Sequence record: PP400777
From: Escherichia phage JM10
Reading direction: 5' to 3' (one strand)
DNA length: 64,000 nucleotides
Shown here in pieces: positions 60,328 through 64,000 of the stretch; position 1 is the stretch's first letter, and the number at the start of each line of letters is the position of its first letter. The translations under genes and the position numbers were made by a program. The notes beneath the pieces are model-generated. The model saw only the letters and a program-made list of their open reading frames with translations. It was not told where the DNA came from and did no database searches.

Positions 60328-62541
60328 TTATTTGGCCGCTTCCACGGCCTTCATGAATTTAACGATTTGAGCGACCTGTTCTTTGGAAAGAGCACCACGT
60401 CGTCCCATGTATTCTGACACAATATGATAATTGGTTTCGAATTCAATAACCATTTTATCATCATTATCGTAAGCATTATCTTTAAGCTTATCGAAAATTT
60501 TAGCACACAATTCTAACTTCTTATTCAGGTCTGTATTAGTAGCACCTGCGAATCGATTCCATCCCCAGCGATTATTTACTGTGGAGAGTTTTGCAAAATC
60601 TTTACTGATTTCTTTGTTCTTAGAGCTAAAATACTTACTAAGGAAGTTAAGCTCTTCATTACGAGTAATATGATTCAAATAAGGCTGTGCTCTACGACTT
60701 GGTGATACATACTCATCATAATCCACTTTATCAATTAGCGTAATATAGTCATTAATTGATTTTTCGAACAAGCATTCTACTTCACCAAGTTTACGAACTT
60801 TCTTAGCAATCTGTGGACGGACTACAGTGAACTCTTTAATATCTGACAAATCAGCAATACGGGTCAAGAAATTAGAGTCATAGTTCAACCAACCTTTATC
60901 TGCGTCAAGACATTCAGCATTAGAACGATTACGAACTATAGCATAACCTTGGATTTCACCAGCTTCACTCGCTGGAATAAAGAGATCTTCCGATACCCAA
61001 ACATCGTTTTCATTCTTAAAGAACCGATGAGCACTTGGGGATTTAGGACGAGGCTGGGATGAACGTTCTTTAACTTCAATCCACGGTTTAACTAATGCAA
61101 GAATTTCAGATGTCTTATAAAATTTAAGGCTATCACCAGCGAAAATAACCTTTAATCGTTCCAGAAGTTTCATTGCAACTTCATCTTCCGGGTTAATGAA
61201 TAATACGCTACTACCCCATCCGGAAGGAACCTTATCAACGAGTGTTGATGCATCGGTGGAAGTCAAAGCATCGTTCAGAGCACGCATCATTGGTACGCGG
61301 CCTTTCACATCGTCAATAACGATATCAATATGCTTACGACTAATACCTAGCAGGCTATTAATTGAAATAGTTGCAGACGAGCTTCCGCTTTCACGAATAC
61401 GACGAAGTCGTGGGTCTGAAACTATATCATATACAACGCCAAGGTTGCACCATTCAGGTCCCATTTTAAAACGTTTGTACAACTCAGAATAAGTTAGTTG
61501 TTCTTTAGAGTATTTCAGTGATTCGATATTAGAACCGGCTTTTTCCATATATTTACGAGCAGAGTAACCAAGAGAATCGATTTCACGGAATACATGACGT
61601 GGATATTTACAATCAATCCATTTCTTAGAATCTTCAGCGAACAATTTAGCATCGATTTCTGCAACGCGTTTATGGATATTTGCTACTGTACGTTTATCAA
61701 ATGACAATGCTTCACGAGACGGGGCTACATCTAGTTCACCCATAGGGAATTTAATATAAGCTGTAGTGCATCGCGTCATCATCCATGTTTGTTCTTTAAT
61801 AACACTTCCAATTGGATATACAATACCACCATAAACAGCCATGATATTACCACGTTCACCCCATGGAGCTTCCTTGGCTAAATAAACATCATCGAATTCC
61901 GGGAAGTATTTGATATCTTTAACACCACGAACTTCTGCAATATTGCCGAGAGGACGCATAACATAAGCAATTTCGGATGCGAACTTTTCAAAATCTTCTG
62001 GGTTAACAGGCACAACTACTTCTACACCCGTACGGTCATCAGGGCCCATCTTATCTACAAAGGTTGGCTTAATTTGTGGACCCGTGTCATCTTGGTAGAT
62101 TACGTAACCACGAACTTCACCGTTGTGATAAGACGTAAGGTTAAACGTATCGGTATATGCTAGTGGAGCTTTAGAGCCGAGTCCGAATCCACCAATAAAA
62201 TCGTTACTCGATGTTTTAGTTGAAGCAAAATATGAGTTATAAATTCCTGGTTCTTCATCATTACCACGAATAGTGAAATCACTCATACCAGGACCAAAGT
62301 CTCGAACTACAAAACGTGGGTCTAAACGACCTGGAGCCTGAACAATAAACTTATCAGTGCAACCATTAAGAATTTGTCCATCGATACAGTTTGTGATTAA
62401 TTCACGTACACAAGCCAATTCTTTGTTTGTATAAAGGTCATTAGACAAAATCTTATAAACTTTGCTATTGCCTTGAATAGTGAATGCTGTGCTCTTACCG
62501 CCTGAACCAATAATCGTTTCTTTAGCCGTTTCAATAATCAT
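60328..62541 (-). CDS. rIIA: rIIA protein
   Basis: 737 aa; N-terminal GHKL-type ATPase-like region; synteny rIIA-rIIB. Confidence 0.92.
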   Translation of the reverse strand: MIIETAKETIIGSGGKSTAFTIQGNSKVYKILSNDLYTNKELACVRELITNCIDGQILNGCTDKFIVQAPGRLDPRFVVRDFGPGMSDFTIRGNDEEPGIYNSYFASTKTSSNDFIGGFGLGSKAPLAYTDTFNLTSYHNGEVRGYVIYQDDTGPQIKPTFVDKMGPDDRTGVEVVVPVNPEDFEKFASEIAYVMRPLGNIAEVRGVKDIKYFPEFDDVYLAKEAPWGERGNIMAVYGGIVYPIGSVIKEQTWMMTRCTTAYIKFPMGELDVAPSREALSFDKRTVANIHKRVAEIDAKLFAEDSKKWIDCKYPRHVFREIDSLGYSARKYMEKAGSNIESLKYSKEQLTYSELYKRFKMGPEWCNLGVVYDIVSDPRLRRIRESGSSSATISINSLLGISRKHIDIVIDDVKGRVPMMRALNDALTSTDASTLVDKVPSGWGSSVLFINPEDEVAMKLLERLKVIFAGDSLKFYKTSEILALVKPWIEVKERSSQPRPKSPSAHRFFKNENDVWVSEDLFIPASEAGEIQGYAIVRNRSNAECLDADKGWLNYDSNFLTRIADLSDIKEFTVVRPQIAKKVRKLGEVECLFEKSINDYITLIDKVDYDEYVSPSRRAQPYLNHITRNEELNFLSKYFSSKNKEISKDFAKLSTVNNRWGWNRFAGATNTDLNKKLELCAKIFDKLKDNAYDNDDKMVIEFETNYHIVSEYMGRRGALSKEQVAQIVKFMKAVEAAK

Positions 62542-62553
62542 ATTTTTCTCTCA

Positions 62554-62754
62554 TCACAAGTTACGTTTAAAAATTTCTGCTACTTCAAGAAGTTCTTCTT
62601 TAGTAGCTGTATCGGTTTGTATTTTATATCGAATTTCTTTAAAGCGTTCTTTAAAGGACTCTGCTGACTCGATATCAAAAAATCTTTGGATAAGCCGGAA
62701 TTCCCGGAGCACTGCTTTATCAAAAAGTTCCAAGTCCACGTTATATGTTCTCAT
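62554..62754 (-). CDS. rIIA.1-like small protein
   Basis: 66-aa ORF immediately upstream of rIIA. Confidence 0.55.
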   Translation of the reverse strand: MRTYNVDLELFDKAVLREFRLIQRFFDIESAESFKERFKEIRYKIQTDTATKEELLEVAEIFKRNL

Positions 62755-62779
62755 AATATTCTCTTCAGTAGATTCCTAG

Positions 62780-62830
62780 GGCACTATTACTAAAGACCAT
62801 ATAATCTATCATCTTATGTGTAATAGTGCC
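62780..62830. repeat. 11-bp perfect inverted repeat (GGCACTATTAC / GTAATAGTGCC) with 29-nt spacer
   Basis: Lies in the 92-bp gap between the glycosyltransferase-like ORF and rIIA.1. Confidence 0.7.
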
Positions 62831-62846
62831 TCAGGCGATTCAGGAT

Positions 62847-63947
62847 TTACGCTGTGAAGATTTTATCCCACATCGCAACAACTGCATCTCGGTTATACTT
62901 CTTCCATACTGCTTCAGCACGTTTAACTCGAGCTTCGTATGTGTCAGTGAATTCTAATACAGCTTTTGTGTAAAGCGCAACTACTTCTTTCTTAGGAGTA
63001 GAGGAATCAATTTCTACACGCACAGTATCTGGGTCGTATTCGAATGTCGCATGAGGATAATCCTTAAAAACTAACTGGATTACAGGGACACCTTTAGAGA
63101 TGGCTTCAATAGAACTATTCTCTACCGTACCTGTGTCAGGACACGTATTAATAAGTGCTTTAGCTGTTTTAAGACGTTCCATGATTTCACTGTGTGGAGC
63201 ATCAATAATAACAGGATATTTAGCTGGTGGGGCCCATTTGCTTGGACAATAACCAATACCATTTTCGCCTAGTGCTTTAATTGCTTCGAGAGCAACATCA
63301 GTACGACGCATTTTAGTGTCATAACGTTGTGCACTAATAATCAGATCAGTCGCCGGAAGAACTTCAGGTTTCTCATTCAAACAAATAACCGGATAATCTT
63401 CGGCTTCAAACAACGGATTTGCTCGCCAATAATCATAATCAATTTTGTCAGTCAGACCTGAAGTCATATAACAATATTTGCGTTCAAATTCACGGAAGGC
63501 TTTAGTAGGAGCATAACTCTTACCACCGTTCTTATGAATTTGAATAGTCTGGTCCCAAATTTGAACAATGCCACGAGATACCGGTTCAAATGGTGTTGCC
63601 ATAAAATTCTTATGAACTTTAGAGAGACCTGCGTCTTTAATTGCCTGAACGGTTAGTTTAGTCGGTTCCATAGTAACAACAAAATCGTATTCATGGATGC
63701 CGGCTAGTTCAACAATCTTACGAGCCATAGTATAACTCATACCTAGACTGAATTTTGTCAGATGACCAACAGGATGATGATTAACCTTCCAATCACCAAA
63801 TGTGTCATTATCAAAACCGATATAATCAATATCAGCACCGATGGACACAAGATATTTCAACACATTTAAATGTACTGCTTCAAGACCACCTTGTACACGG
63901 TCAGGATTAAATGGGACTGCGCGAGATGGGATAAACATAACTTTCAT
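62847..63947 (-). CDS. putative GT-B fold glycosyltransferase (GT4-like), 366 aa
   Basis: N-terminus MKVMFIP...PFNPDRVQGGLEAVHLNVLKYLVSIGADIDYI resembles the GT-B N-terminal signature; C-terminal TGTVENSSIEAISKGVPVIQ resembles the nucleotide-sugar-binding EA..G.PVI motif. Confidence 0.45.
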   Translation of the reverse strand: MKVMFIPSRAVPFNPDRVQGGLEAVHLNVLKYLVSIGADIDYIGFDNDTFGDWKVNHHPVGHLTKFSLGMSYTMARKIVELAGIHEYDFVVTMEPTKLTVQAIKDAGLSKVHKNFMATPFEPVSRGIVQIWDQTIQIHKNGGKSYAPTKAFREFERKYCYMTSGLTDKIDYDYWRANPLFEAEDYPVICLNEKPEVLPATDLIISAQRYDTKMRRTDVALEAIKALGENGIGYCPSKWAPPAKYPVIIDAPHSEIMERLKTAKALINTCPDTGTVENSSIEAISKGVPVIQLVFKDYPHATFEYDPDTVRVEIDSSTPKKEVVALYTKAVLEFTDTYEARVKRAEAVWKKYNRDAVVAMWDKIFTA

Positions 63948-63973
63948 AATTAAGCCTTATTAAAATTAAAATG

Positions 63974-63991
63974 AAGCTCCCGAAGGAGCTT
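63974..63991 (-). terminator. hairpin AAGCUCC-UUCG-GGAGCUU then U/A-rich tract
   Basis: 7-bp stem with tetraloop upstream of the glycosyltransferase-like ORF; likely terminates the gene beyond the window edge. Confidence 0.55.
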
Positions 63992-64000
63992 AGGACATCC

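Overview
This window is a contiguous ~64 kb stretch of a T4-like (T-even, Tevenvirinae) myovirus genome, read here by recall of T4 protein sequences and motifs only; no database search was possible. It runs from the 3' end of a late structural gene (probably gene 23) through head and baseplate genes (24, hoc, inh, 25, 26, 51, 27, 28, 29, 48, 54), an early/middle minus-strand block (alt, DNA ligase 30, rIII, 31, cd, pseT, alc, rnlA, denA, nrdB, nrdA, td, frd, 32, 59, 33, dsbA, rnh), the plus-strand long-tail-fibre and lysis module (34, 35, 36, 37, 38, holin t), and a second early block (asiA, arn, motA, 52, ndd, rIIB, rIIA). Both td and nrdB are interrupted by group I introns carrying homing endonucleases (I-TevI and a full-length I-TevIII), and a segD-like GIY-YIG gene sits between genes 23 and 24. 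Regulation follows the T4 pattern: TATAAATA late promoters, GTTTAC-N17/18-TAnnAT early promoters, MotA-box middle promoters, GC-rich tetraloop terminators and the gene 32 leader. Two genes stand out as not belonging to the canonical T4 set as I recall it: a class-I DAHP synthase translationally coupled to cd, and a 366-aa GT-B-like putative glycosyltransferase upstream of rIIA.1. Several loci also carry fewer or different small ORFs than T4 (no segG, segE or stp found). Exact start codons and intron boundaries are inferred and may be off by a few nucleotides.
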